From NCBI GenBank assembly GCA_964016885.1, contig OZ024747.1, forward strand, positions 19,344,001 through 19,408,000: 64,000 bases of DNA, read 5' to 3'. Source of the stretch: Eledone cirrhosa (taxonomy: Eukaryota). The position numbers and the translations under genes are program-made. Below are positions 33,624 to 46,143 of this stretch, one piece after another. Each line of letters starts with the position of its first letter. Position 1 is the stretch's first letter. The notes below the pieces were generated by a model. It was given only the letters and a program-made list of their open reading frames with translations. It did not search any database and was not told the origin of the DNA.

Positions 33624-36541
33624 ACGAACACACAGACACACAAAATAGAGTAGATAATAACAATGAGCCAGAGGAAAGAGACAGGAGTAATAATGAGAGA
33701 CATAGAAACAACCATGAGGCTGTTGGTGGAAATAGAAATAGAAACAACACAACTAACAATAACAATAGCACTAGTACACATAAAGCAGCAGCCTGGAACT
33801 CTACTTTTTATAATCCCTCCGATAAGTCGTTTGACCTGCGACGAGTCCACGCCACGACTTTAGCTTTTAACAAACGCACGCAATCACCGTCGCAGGTCGA
33901 TGAAGGAACAGAAGGACAATTTAGTATAGCTAAATCTAAACTTAGAAATATTATAGAACAGTGTAGCAAGAAGCATAATAGAACGGAGGCCTAACAACTG
34001 GGAGAAAAATCTGCAAATGGCTTGCATAAGCTCATGCAGCGCTCGCGTAATGGAGAGATAGCATGCTTTCCAACAGACAAGTCTGGCAGAATGTAGGTTG
34101 ACAGTCTGCCAAACTACATCCAGGCAATACAACCCCACATCACTAACACAAGAGAAGTAACACCATAAGAGCATGAGGATAGAGAAATAGACCTCAATGC
34201 CCATATGGCGATGTGGACAAATATAATGCAGCCCAACAAAAGGACTGCCAACAACTTCCAGGCCTGGAACAACGACGTGCCAGCGTTGTATGGGCTTCGA
34301 AAAGACCATAAAACGGTCAGTGACCCTGTCACGGGACCACCAGCACGGCCAGTCTGTGGGGCTAACATTGCTAGTAACTACAGACTGTCCTACTTCCTCT
34401 CCCTGATCATACGCCCTATCATTGAAATGTCCCCAGATGTATGTGACAGCACGGAGGACCTCCTCAGCAGAATCGGCGAGAGTAACCGATCTAGGGATCT
34501 AACAAACTGCATAATAGGTAGTATGGATGTTGTGTCCCTGTATCCATCTATTGACGTGGATTTTGCTGTAGAGAAATGCGTAGAAATGATCAGTGAGAGC
34601 AATGTTGAGTGCCGTGGGATTGACACCGGTGAGCTGGGACTCCTACTTAAACTTACCTATAGTAATAATTATCTAGATACATATGACCTTAGCAACCTGT
34701 GCCCTACAAGACCAGCAAGAAGCAGACCACCTACCATTACCTCAATGGCCAAGAAAACCCACACAGATAGATGGAACGGGTGGACCAGAGCCATACGGAT
34801 CCCCGAAAACCACGATTAACTAAAGAAAATGCTGGGGGCCAGCATAAAATTAACCCTTAAGGAACATATGTTCAAATTTAATGGAAAAACATATGCCCAA
34901 GAGGAGGGAGCAGCCATTGGTGTTAGCATTGCAGGCGACATAGCTAACTTATTCATGGTATGGTGGGACAGTAGACTTAAACTTAAACTTAAAGAACAAT
35001 TAGAAGACCCCTTAACCCTGATAATGTACTCCCGCTACGTTGATAATATAAACATCCTAGTTAAAACACCCCCACTAGAGAACAGTCAGGAATTAGAGAA
35101 AACACAATGGAAAACATCCAGCAAATAGCTAACTCCATCCGCCAGAGTTTTAGAGTTACTATAGGCTACCCAAGCAAACACCTCAACCATCGATTACCTG
35201 TACGAGACACATAGCTCTGGTTAGATACCATTAATAACAAAAAAACAAATCCTCCATTTCCATTATGCCAAACCCATGACTTCCAAATATCTGATCCACC
35301 GAAACTCAGCTGTTTCGGACCATACCAAAATCAACATACTGATTGCGGATTTGGTACGGGTGATGAGAAACGTGTCCCGCATGTGCAACCCCGAAGAATT
35401 AGAGAGACATATACAACACTTCATCCACTGTATGCAGTTCTCTGGTTACAATCAGAGAGATAAAATCAGAGTGTATAGAGGAGCCAGAACCAAATGGGAA
35501 AAAATGGTAAATAATGACACAAATGGGACCTGCCCCTTGTATAGGAGCAAATTTTGGAACAGAATAGAAAGAACTAGGAATAAGGCTAATAGAATAAACT
35601 CATGGTATGATAGCAACAAATACCAGAGTGTAATGTTCATCGATACAACCCCTAGAGGTGAATTAGCTTACAAATTTAGAAGGGCCCTAGATAAACATAA
35701 ACTCAATATTAAGATAGTAGAAAGACCAGGTACCTCCATAGAAACACTTATTAGCAAGACATACCCTTTTGAAAGACCCCCCTGTATAGATAAGAAATGT
35801 ATAACCTGTAAATTAAGCCTCCATATTAACTGAAAAACTAGAAATGTAGTATATAGCATATGATGTACTGAAGGACAATGTAGAGACAAAAATAGAGTGT
35901 ACATAGGTGAGACAGCTCGTAGTGTAGGGGAACGGATAAACGAACACTGGCGAGACCTTCAAGATAGTACAGAATCATCTGTACTCTACCAACATGCTAA
36001 AATAGAACATAAGGGGAAATTAGAGAACATAGAAATAAAAATAGAATCTACACACAGAAAAGACACAATGTTTAGACAAATCACAGAGGCAATAAACATA
36101 AAAGAATTACAACCAAAATTAAATAGAAAACATGAGTGGAACAGCAACATCACAACTTACAATAAAGGACAAAATGAAAACACACACGCATATAGAACAA
36201 ACAACCAACCTGTAACATGTAAATAAACAAATAAATAAACGAATATAAACACACACAGACACCCGGATGTGGCGTATGCGCAGACTGAGCACACAACACA
36301 CACACAGAAACAAGATGGCGTAGGACAGAACAAAGGAGAGGCACAAAAACAAAGAAAAGAATCCCCAGTCATTGAAGAGGTCACAGAATGTGTGACGAAA
36401 GAACTTTGACAATATATAAACAACCATCTGGTTGTGGAACCAACCAACCAACCGGAAATTTATAAATTTTATTATAATAAATTGAAGTGAAAGCAACTGG
36501 TGCGTGTGTTTCTTATTGGCAACATGACCCTCCCAAAGTAT
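33624..36541 (+). mobile_element. Decayed, 5'-truncated Penelope-like retroelement (RT + GIY-YIG pseudogene with 3' pLTR)
   Basis: Colinear with 43400-46441; ORF fragments 34205-34819, 34829-35128, 35276-35833 and 35897-36226 separated by stops/frameshifts; YVDD mutated to YVDN; hammerhead core mutated (TTGAAGA at 36372). Confidence 0.95.
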
Positions 36542-37084
36542 CTGCAAGTTATGCAATTTAGAGATATACTGCATTTTAACGTCAGTAAACAAACTTTTGA
36601 ACAGCAAAATTGAACGTTCTCTATACTGTAACCATCGTTTGAAAACGACTTTTTCTTTTTTTAAATGCATATAATGTTACCTTTTCACACCAACGTTTGC
36701 AAATTTCTGTCTTATATGTTTATACACTAGATATGGCTTTCTATAATAATAGTACTAAACACTGTTTTTATGGACCCCTTTAGAAATAACCTGCTACTAT
36801 AATAGCCCTAATAACTTGTCTGTGACACTGTACCGCTTTGACCCCTCTAACTAAATTTTGTCCGAACAACACCACTAGAAGAATCTACTTCCCAGCCAAC
36901 CTTAACACGCCTCATTAAGCTAACTGCTGCCAAAACATTCTCTCTCCACAATCTCTACTAGTCTGACAGTCTTAAACCCTAAGACTCCCTCCACCTTACT
37001 CACTTCCCTCTTCCCCTTCTCTTCCTACCTCCCTCTTTATCTTTTATCTAGTGTATAAAATATTTTCATATCATTCTAATACAA

Positions 37085-37201
37085 AGGTCTGATGACATGG
37101 TGTGTTGGCTTACAGTGTACTTTCGGTTTTTGATAATATTTGTGTATTATTTAAATAGCGAGGTATAGGTAACTCATACACTATAGAAACAATTGTTACC
37201 T
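37085..37201 (+). ncRNA. Type I hammerhead motif with extended stem II, at the end of a decayed PLE-like 3' region (~36600-37240)
   Basis: AGGT-CTGATGA-CATGGTGTG...CATACACTATA-GAAA-CAATTG-TT-ACCT. Confidence 0.6.
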
Positions 37202-37343
37202 AATAAATTCTATATACCCGCATTTCAATTTCGTAAATTTTTTCTCCATATATATATATATATATATATATAATTTTTTCTCCATATATATATATATATA
37301 TATATATAATTTTTTCTCCATATATATATATATATATATATAT

Positions 37344-37498
37344 TTCATTATTTCTGAAGACGGCATATATATGTGTTTGGTATGTATATTTAATTTTGAT
37401 AGTTTGTATAATTTTGTATAATTTTGTACATAGATCTGTTGAATATGCATGCCAATTCTAACACATATATATCCTAGAAACGATCGTTAAATAATGAA
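37344..37498 (+). ncRNA. Type I hammerhead motif with ~115-nt stem II region
   Basis: TTCATTATTT-CTGAAGA-..ATATATATGTGTT/AACACATATATAT..-GAAA-CGATCG-TT-AAATAATGAA; perfect 10-bp stem I. Confidence 0.75.
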
Positions 37499-37552
37499 CT
37501 TTTTTTGTTTAATATAAGGAACTGTTTCATTGTTTTATTCATTATTTCTTAA

Positions 37553-37583
<31 letters not shown>

Positions 37584-37584
37584 T

Positions 37585-37836
37585 TATTTAATTAGAAAGT
37601 GAACAACACAAAATATAACTACTCCATTACCAAAGGTTTCTGGATCACAGACGATAATAATATACGTCTGGATCGGTCGTCAGACAGAGATGTTATATAA
37701 CATATTATTATCGTCTGTGATCCAGAAACCTTTGGTAATGGAATAATTATATTTTGTGTTGTTCACTTTCTAATTAAATAGCTCTGTTCTATACATAGAG
37801 CACTCTTTTTTCCTTTGCTTTTCTTTCGGAATTACC
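37585..37836. mobile_element. Fold-back pLTR-like insertion with hammerhead (minus strand, 37622-37689)
   Basis: Arms 37585-37663/37702-37780; CTCTGT-CTGACGA-..CAGACG/CGTCTG..-GAAA-CCTTTGG-TA-ATGGAG; terminus shared with 10978 and 11362. Confidence 0.75.
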
Positions 37837-37861
37837 TAACATATATATATGTATAGTTATA

Positions 37862-37962
37862 GGGAAGGTGTCAGTTCTTTTCCTATTATCCACCCTACTA
37901 CATTACGTATCGAGTACTTTGGCGCGTTATGATCCATCTGGTTTCTTACCCCACGTTCTTTG
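37862..37962 (+). mobile_element. Terminal fragment of the 38459/51038 family
   Basis: Reverse complement matches AAGAACCAGGTGGACCATAACGCACCAAAGTACTC. Confidence 0.65.
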
Positions 37963-37963
37963 G

Positions 37964-38030
<67 letters not shown>

Positions 38031-38271
38031 AATTAGTATATCTACGAACATATGTATACAGATGCATACCTATGCTTGCACATATATATATTTTGTCTTA
38101 GTAACTTTGTGGTTCTATGCAAGGGGATTTGGATTTGCCACTGACCAAATAGGCAGTGAATTTTGTCAATGTCTTGGAATTTAGTCCCCGCTCGCTTTTT
38201 TCCATCCACTGAATTATTTTTATATAAGTTCTCAGTGTCCTCGCATTGCCTGGGAGCTTAGCTGAGAATAG

Positions 38272-38352
38272 ACTCCCTGATGACGTAAGGTTTCTCTGTG
38301 GGTACGTTCCGTAACCATATTTATTCCCTTACAGAAACTAATTAGTTGGAGT
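38272..38352 (+). ncRNA. Type I hammerhead motif
   Basis: ACTCC-CTGATGA-CGTAAGG...CCTTACA-GAAA-CTAATTAG-TT-GGAGT. Confidence 0.7.
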
Positions 38353-38420
38353 GAAATTTTAGTAAGTAAGTCGATTTTCACAATTTTCTTATTTACGTCT
38401 TTCATATATATATATACGTC

Positions 38421-38458
<38 letters not shown>

Positions 38459-38460
<2 letters not shown>

Positions 38461-38670
38461 CGAAGGAAATGTGGTAAAGAACCAGGTGGACCATAACGCA
38501 CCAAAGTACTCAATATATGGGTACTTAGGGTAGCAGAGTGGTTAATAGTAATAGGAACGAGTAGGACCCCGAGGGCTGAGCTCAAGCCGTTTCGACTGCT
38601 AATTCTGGACATTTAGTCCAGAATTAGCCGTCGAAACGGCTTGAGCTCAGCCGTCGGGGTCCTACTCGTT

Positions 38671-38675
<5 letters not shown>
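38459..38675. mobile_element. Fold-back element in (TA)n, 60-bp arms
   Basis: Arms 38551-38610/38616-38675; homologous to 51038-51205. Confidence 0.8.
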
Positions 38676-38728
<53 letters not shown>

Positions 38729-38985
38729 CATGTGCTTGTCTATACCTTCGTATTAAGCGGCTCACTGACGTGAAATAATATGCTAACGGTTTCGTAGCTG
38801 TATCCGAGAAAGGAAGATATTGTGTGCCCGTATGCATACAGATGAGAAAGCCAAAGACTATTAACAATGTTTTTGATATTCAATTTTTGAAGATAATCTG
38901 ATTTAAAAAGAAATAATTTAAAATACTGTTAACATAAAAACGACAGAAAAAATTACACACATGCACACACACACACACACACACG

Positions 38986-39021
<36 letters not shown>

Positions 39022-39079
39022 ATACACACATATATATATGTATATATATTAATATATCTATCTATACATATATAGACAC

Positions 39080-39120
<41 letters not shown>

Positions 39121-39274
39121 CATATATCTATCTATACATATACATACATACAAATATACATATATATATATATATACATAAGCATATATCTATATATACA
39201 TATACATATAAATATACATATATATATATATATATATACATATACATACATACATATATATATATACCTACATA

Positions 39275-39321
<47 letters not shown>

Positions 39322-42123
39322 TTATCTATCAATCTTTCTACCTATTTATCTATCTATCTATTGTATATATGCAAATTAGTTATGCGCTTTATTGATTTTG
39401 ATTGTGTCCTCACCTCACACACACTTTTCCAATATTTTAGGAGCTGATCCTGAAACGTGTTAAGAAAATTTTCTTTAGCACCTCTGAGTATCTTTCAAAT
39501 AATTATTTACTTTTTCATTCGGTTGAATGATGGATATGCCCGAGGAGAAATGAATCCTACTAGCATAATTTGTGTCAAATGATAACAAATATCTTTCATC
39601 TCTTCTTTTGACACCTAATATATTATCCAAGACAATCAGATACTTTCAAATCTTTTTGTCTTGATTTTTTCTTTTTAAATTTAAACTATTATGTCTTCAA
39701 CTGTTAAATGCGAACTTCTACTTCACCACCATAAGTATCCCCCGTGTTCGTGAATTGTTCACAACATTGCCTTTCTGAGTGGAGAATTGTGGCTGCTTTG
39801 TTGTCGAATTAAGACTTTTATGTACTGTGTATGTTGTGTTATATGTTATATCGAGTGTTGATTGTTTAGCGTGTGTGATTCCTGGGTTCTGTTGATTGTA
39901 TAGAATATGAGTTATTTCAGCTGTTAATCGTACGAGTATTGTGTTATATTTTCCAGTGTAGATTGTGTATTATATTTTCTTTAAGGTGGTAAATTAACAG
40001 AATAGTTCGCACTGTGTGTATGCTTTGTGTTACCCATTCGGAATCTCACCGTTCTGATTTAAAACCCGGCTGAGATCAATTTTGCTTTTCAGAATTGCAG
40101 GTTCCATAATTGAACTACGAAAGTATCTCTCACCAATCTACCCATCCCCTCTTCCTTCTCTCCCCCTCTCTTCCGTGTTACATTGAGTAAAACTTCATTA
40201 AATTTACACGCGGCTAAAGAAGGTTCAGCTACTTGGACGCCTATTTCAGGAGGACGAATTCATATTTGAACAACTGAATGCTCACATAATTTCACCGAGA
40301 ATCCCACCACCATATGTGTTATGATATTGTATTCGACCTCGCTTATGCAGCGTAGCTGATGTGTGGCTTTTGTTATAGTGTTATATTATAAACTGGCGCA
40401 ACTTTGTTAACAACAGCATTGCTCATTCCGATGAAATTTATTAATATTACGTATAAAGTGATTGTTTCTAAATGTGGCACAAGGCCATCAAGTTGGGCGA
40501 AGGTAAAGTCACTTATGTGACGGGATATGAACCCAGAAAGTAAAGAGCCGGAAATATATAAAATATAAATGAATACATATGTATCAATAGTAAAATATTT
40601 CATTGCATTTCTTTCATCTAATGAAGTGCTCACAACATAAACTAAATTTGGTAATACAATCTGCCTCTTACATATATGCGTTTAGATTATGTATCGTAAA
40701 AGTGTAAACTTGTGAAAATCCTTTGTGAAAATAATTATCAATTGTTAACCAGTCTATCAATCAAGCATTGAAGCACTGACTCACCCACCCGAGCTTACAA
40801 ATCGCACTAATTTGATACTGTCGTGATAGCTGTCTATGGCAACAGGCAGGACTTTGGGAACATTCTAAATAGCATGTGTCGTGAAGCGGTGACACTGCGA
40901 AGCGGTGGAAACACTGGGGTCTTAATTGAGAATTTCATGCCTGCGATTTGGTGAAAATGCAGTTAAAAGGCGCTTGTATTTGGTAGTCTAATCGGTGAAA
41001 ACAAATGTTTACGATTCTCGGAACTTCTATCTTTGATAAATCTCACCTCACGTAATATACCATTGAGCGCGTCAGCGCCTGAATTTGGCTTTGGTCAAAC
41101 TTGGATCAATTTAAATCGCTACCTAGCGAAGAGAACTCATTAGCGGTACTATCTTCAAAGTCCTGATCATTACAATGTACAGCAGGGTAAATTAAGCAGC
41201 TACATATATGAACCACTTAATATTCATCGTTCGGCCCTCTGAACGAGCCATGCATACACAATGAATACCTGTCTCAACAAATGTATCAATTGTATAGAAA
41301 TAAAACTGCAATAATCTAGTTGAAGTTTTCTAGATTTCCCTTTTATTTTGAAGCCCGCTTTTCTCTTACTTCACAAACCGTGACATACATTACTTAGTTC
41401 AGGGCCGTTATAGCTATTTGTTTTAATTGCACTTTACTTATTTCTAATGCAAGGCTAGCCTTTTGATTAAAATCTTATTTCTAATCTCTTTAATTTTGTC
41501 TGTCATGTTTTCTAAATCATTGCTTTCATTCATTACGGTTGGCGCTAAAGGTCATTTCCTATTATTGTTACTTGGCAGTGTTAGATTCAGAGATGCTTGT
41601 TCTTTGTTTACTGCTAATTATCATTCATGTTATATTGTAGAGGCTGTCACATTTGTATTCTGTTCATCTTTGGTCTTGTTTGTGTGGTGTTCTGTTGCAG
41701 AATGGGATGGGTTGTGCCGTGATAATTTGGCTTCGTATTTCCCTGTTTATATTTTCCTGTCTAGCTAAAGTTGTTTCTATAAAATATCTGTTCGTATATT
41801 TAAGTTGTAGTCACAATTTTCCTCAGAACACCACGAATCATTCAAAAACAATATCGAGGTCAGAAACGGTGTTTTTGAAAACTAACTTTCTTATTGACAT
41901 ATCATTCATCGTGTCAAATATTTCCGTTTCTTTTATAAACATAATATTTCTCCTTCTTTTCAATTCGTGTTCTTTTGGCATTGGTTATTCTCTGTTGTTT
42001 TCCTCAATCTTGCTTAATGTCTTTCTCGTTAAATTTATCCTAGAGCGTTAAAACTCGCGTGCGTTCACCGAAACCGTTTCATCGACGAAAACCTCAAACA
42101 ATTACCACTTTTTTGTTGTTGTG

Positions 42124-42213
42124 CTTCTTCGTCTTCTTCTTCTTCTTCTTCTTCTTCTTCTTCTTCTTCTTCTTCTTCTTCTTCTTCTTCTTCTTCTTCT
42201 TCTTCTTCTTCTA
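42124..42213. repeat. (CTT)n microsatellite
   Basis: Direct reading. Confidence 0.95.
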
Positions 42214-42534
42214 CTACGTTGCAGCGTGTTATTTCCCGAAAGGAGGAAATAATGTTCGGTTTCATTGTTTCATCAAACTATTAAAAAGCTACTTTTGTCG
42301 ATTATTTGTAAGTGTGTATGTGTGTGTGTATGTATGTGTATATATGTAAGAATACCTGTATATTTATATAATGGTTTTACGTAACTATCTGCTATTCTTC
42401 CCTGTGATATGGTCACTCATTTATTCATAAAAAATCTGACCCATACATTCTTTCCACGGATAGACAACACAATGGAAGTGCTAATGGTATGGAGTTCCAT
42501 ACAGCCTTCAATTGGTCTACACGAATTATGTTCT

Positions 42535-42636
<102 letters not shown>

Positions 42637-42660
42637 AGAATATATATATATATATATATA

Positions 42661-45600
42661 GAGTATACCAATAGATATCCCGACAAAATTGACGGTATCA
42701 ACATGGCCGACACCTCATTATCTGAAGAGTTCAACAATGAAAATACCAACATTTATGGAAACACGGAAATAGATAATAATGAAATGTCTGTGTTACGTCT
42801 GCCACCCAAATTTGCGACATTCAAGAAGGTAAATATGATTAGTTGTCTGTCAGAAATAGAAAAATCATTTACGAAACTACGCTGGAGCATCAAAAACAAA
42901 AACAAAAGCAACAATATACGCACACACATATACAACACACATCCCAACAACAACAGACACACAGACACAAACAACAATAACAACAACAATAGCAACATAC
43001 CCAGATACAACACCAACAATAGCAACATACCCAGATACAACAGACACGCAGACACAAACAACAATAACAACACACACGGAGACAACAATAACAACAACAC
43101 ACACATCGACAACAACAGCAACATACCCAGATACAACAACAACAGACACGCAAACACAAACAACAATAACAACACACACAACAACGATAACACACACGGA
43201 GACAACAACACACATCAACAACAACACACATCAACAACAACAACACACACACATTCAATGCCTCTCACCACCACTACAATCTTAACAAACACACAGACAC
43301 AGAAAACAAGTAATGACAGTAGCACAGAAATCAGAGAAATAAGAGAAAGTAATAGGATTAAAAGGAGAAGGGAGACTAAGGACAAAGAGAATAACCAAGA
43401 CGAACACACAGACACACAAAATAGGGTAGATAACAACATTGAGCCAGTGGAAAGAGACAGGAGTAATTATGAGAGACATAGAAACAACCATGAAGCTGAG
43501 GCTGCTGCTGTTGGTGGAAATAGAAACAACACAACTAACAATAGCACTAGTACACATAAAGCAGCAGCCTGGAACTCTCCGTTTTATAACCCCTCCGATA
43601 AATCATTCGACCTACGACGAGTCCACGCCACGACTTTGCCATTTAACAAACGCACGCAGTTGCCGTCGCAGGTCGATGAACAAACAGAAGCACAATTTAG
43701 TATAGCTAAATCCGAACTTAGAAATATTATAGAACAGTATAGCAAGAAGCATAATAGAATAGAGGCCCAGCAACTGGGAGAAGAATCTGCAAATGGCTTG
43801 CGTAAGCTCATGCAGCGCTCACGTAATGGAGAGATAGCATGCTTTCCAACAGACAAGTCTGGCAGAATGTCGGTTGACAGCCTGCCAAACTACATCCAGG
43901 CAATGCAACCCCACATCACTAACACAAGAGAGGTAACACCACAGGAGCATGAGGATAGAGAAAAAACCCTCAATGCCCATATGGTGATGTGGACAAATAT
44001 AATGCAGCCCAACAAAAGGACTGCCAACAACTTCCAGGCCTGGAACAATGACGTGCCGGCGTTGTATGGGCTTCGAAAAGACCATAAAACGGGCTGGGAC
44101 CCTGTCGCGGGACCACCAACACGGCCAGTCTGTGGGGCTAACATTGCTAGTAACTACAGACTGTCCTACTTCCTCTCCCTGATCATACACCCCATCATTG
44201 AGATGTCCCCAGATGTGTGTGACAGCACGGAGGACCTCCTCAGCAGAATCGGCGCGGGTAACCGATCTGGGGACCTAACAAACTGCATAATAGGCAGTAT
44301 GGATGTTGTGTCCCTGTATCCATCTATTGACGTGGATTTTGCTGTGGAGAAATGCGTCGAAATGATCAGCGAGAGCAAGGTTGAGTTCCGTGGGATTGAT
44401 ACCAGTGAGCTGGGACTTCTACTTAAGCTTACCCATAGTAATAGTTACCTAGACACTTATGACCTTAGCAACCTGTGCCCTACAAGACCAGCAAGAGGCA
44501 GACCACCTACCATTACCTCAATGGCCAAGAAAACCCACACAGATAGATGGAACGGGTGGACCAGAGCCATACGGACACCCGAAAACCACGATGAACTGAA
44601 GAAAATGATTGCACATGCGGTAGGGGCCAGCATAAAATTAACCCTTAAGGAACATATGTTCAAATTTAATGGTAAAACATATGCCCAAGAGGAAGGAGCA
44701 GCCATTGGTGTTAGCATTGCAGGCGACATAGCTAACTTGTTCATGGTATGGTGGGACAGTAGACTTAAACAAAAACTTAATGAACAATTAGAAGACAGCT
44801 TAACCCTGATAATGTACTCCCGCTACGTAGATGATATAAACATCGTAGTTAAGACACCCCCACTAAAGAACAGTCAGGAACCAGAGAAAAACACAATGGA
44901 AAGCATCCAGCAAATAGCAAACTCCATCCACCAGAGCATTAGAGTTACTATAGACTACCCAAGTAGACACCCCAACCATCGATTACCTGTACTAGACACA
45001 GAGTTCTGGTTAGATACTATTAACAACCAAAAACAAATCCTCCATTCCCATTATGCCAAACCCATGACTTCCAAACATCTGATCCACCGAAACTCGGCCA
45101 TTTCGGACCATACCAAAATCAACATACTGATTGCGGATTTGGTACGGGTGATGAGAAATGTGTCCCGCATGTGCAACCCCGAAGAACTAGAGAGACACAT
45201 ACAACACTTCATCCACCGTATGCAGTTCTCTGGCTACAATCAGAGAGATAGAATCAGAGTGTATAAAGGAGCCAGAACCAAATGGGAAAAAATGGTAAAT
45301 AATGACATAAATGGGACCTGCCCCTTGTATAGGAGCAAATTTTGGAATAGAATAGAAAGAACTAAGAACAAGGCCAATAGAATAAACTCATGGTATGATA
45401 GCAATAAATACCAGAGTGTAATGTTCATCAATACAACCCCTAGAGGCGAACTAGCCTACAAATTTAGAAGGGCCCTAAAGAAACATAATCTCAATATTAA
45501 GATAGTAGAAAGACCTGGTACCTCCGTAAAAACACTTATTAGCAAGACATACCCGTTCCAAAGACCCTCATGTATAGATAAGAAATGTATAACCTGTAAA

Positions 45601-45954
45601 ATAAGCCCCCATATTAACTGTAAAACTAGAAATGTAGTATATAGCATAAGATGTACTGAAGGACAATGTAGAAACAAAAATATAGTGTACATAGGTGAGA
45701 CAGCTCGTAGTATAGGGGAACGAATAAATGAACACTGGCGAGACCTCCAAGATAGTAAAGAATCATCTGTGCTCTACCAACATGCTAAGATAGAACACAG
45801 GGGTAAATTAGAGAGCATAGAAATAAAAATAGAATCCACACACAAGAAAGACGCAATGTTTAGGCAAATTACAGAGGCAGTAAGCATAAAAGAATTAAAA
45901 CCAAAATTAAATAGAAAATATGAGTGGAACAGCAACATCACAACTTACAATTAA
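42661..45954 (+). CDS. PLE polyprotein: Asn/His-rich linker, reverse transcriptase, Cys linker, GIY-YIG endonuclease (first in-element Met at 42703)
   Basis: TDKSG, LYGLRKDHK, RPVC, MDVVSLYPSID, QEEGAAIG..IANLFM, RYVDDI, LPVLD; CIDKKCITC; NVVYSIRC..C..YIGETARSIGERINEH; ITEA..I..LKPKLN. The track ORF start (42409) reads through flank and (TA)n and is not genuine. Confidence 0.93.
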   Translation, partial: EYTNRYPDKIDGINMADTSLSEEFNNENTNIYGNTEIDNNEMSVLRLPPKFATFKKVNMISCLSEIEKSFTKLRWSIKNKNKSNNIRTHIYNTHPNNNRHTDTNNNNNNNSNIPRYNTNNSNIPRYNRHADTNNNNNTHGDNNNNNTHIDNNSNIPRYNNNRHANTNNNNNTHNNDNTHGDNNTHQQQHTSTTTTHTHSMPLTTTTILTNTQTQKTSNDSSTEIREIRESNRIKRRRETKDKENNQDEHTDTQNRVDNNIEPVERDRSNYERHRNNHEAEAAAVGGNRNNTTNNSTSTHKAAAWNSPFYNPSDKSFDLRRVHATTLPFNKRTQLPSQVDEQTEAQFSIAKSELRNIIEQYSKKHNRIEAQQLGEESANGLRKLMQRSRNGEIACFPTDKSGRMSVDSLPNYIQAMQPHITNTREVTPQEHEDREKTLNAHMVMWTNIMQPNKRTANNFQAWNNDVPALYGLRKDHKTGWDPVAGPPTRPVCGANIASNYRLSYFLSLIIHPIIEMSPDVCDSTEDLLSRIGAGNRSGDLTNCIIGSMDVVSLYPSIDVDFAVEKCVEMISESKVEFRGIDTSELGLLLKLTHSNSYLDTYDLSNLCPTRPARGRPPTITSMAKKTHTDRWNGWTRAIRTPENHDELKKMIAHAVGASIKLTLKEHMFKFNGKTYAQEEGAAIGVSIAGDIANLFMVWWDSRLKQKLNEQLEDSLTLIMYSRYVDDINIVVKTPPLKNSQEPEKNTMESIQQIANSIHQSIRVTIDYPSRHPNHRLPVLDTEFWLDTINNQKQILHSHYAKPMTSKHLIHRNSAISDHTKINILIADLVRVMRNVSRMCNPEELERHIQHFIHRMQFSGYNQRDRIRVYKGARTKWEKMVNNDINGTCPLYRSKFWNRIERTKNKANRINSWYDSNKYQSVMFINTTPRGELAYKFRRALKKHNLNIKIVERPGTSVKTLISKTYPFQRPSCIDKKCITCKISPHINCKTRNVVYSIRCTEGQCRNKNIVYIGETARSIGERINEHWRDLQDSKESSVLYQHAKIEHRGKLESIEIKIESTHKKDAMFRQITEAVSIKELKPKLNRKYEWNSNITTYN

Positions 45955-46143
45955 GGACAAAATGAAAACACACATAGAACAAACAACTTACAATTGAAAA
46001 CACACACAAAATGAAAACACACACAAGACAAAATGAAAACACACACACACATAGAACAAACAACCAACCAACAATAAATAAATAAATAAACAAACAAATA
46101 TAAATAGAAAAATAGAAAAATGAACACAAACACACACAGACAC

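Noticed and set aside
13505-33653. 1080-aa and 2418-aa ORFs of DYYQRLLSETTTKDYCQRLLPKTTVR repeats
   Set aside because: The 26-bp unit lacks stop codons on the plus strand and cycles through all three frames; indels are frequent; one ORF spans the N gap
39480-42050. Higher-complexity stretch with short ORFs (possible exon or DNA transposon)
   Set aside because: No recognisable protein motif, TIR/TSD or splice structure by eye
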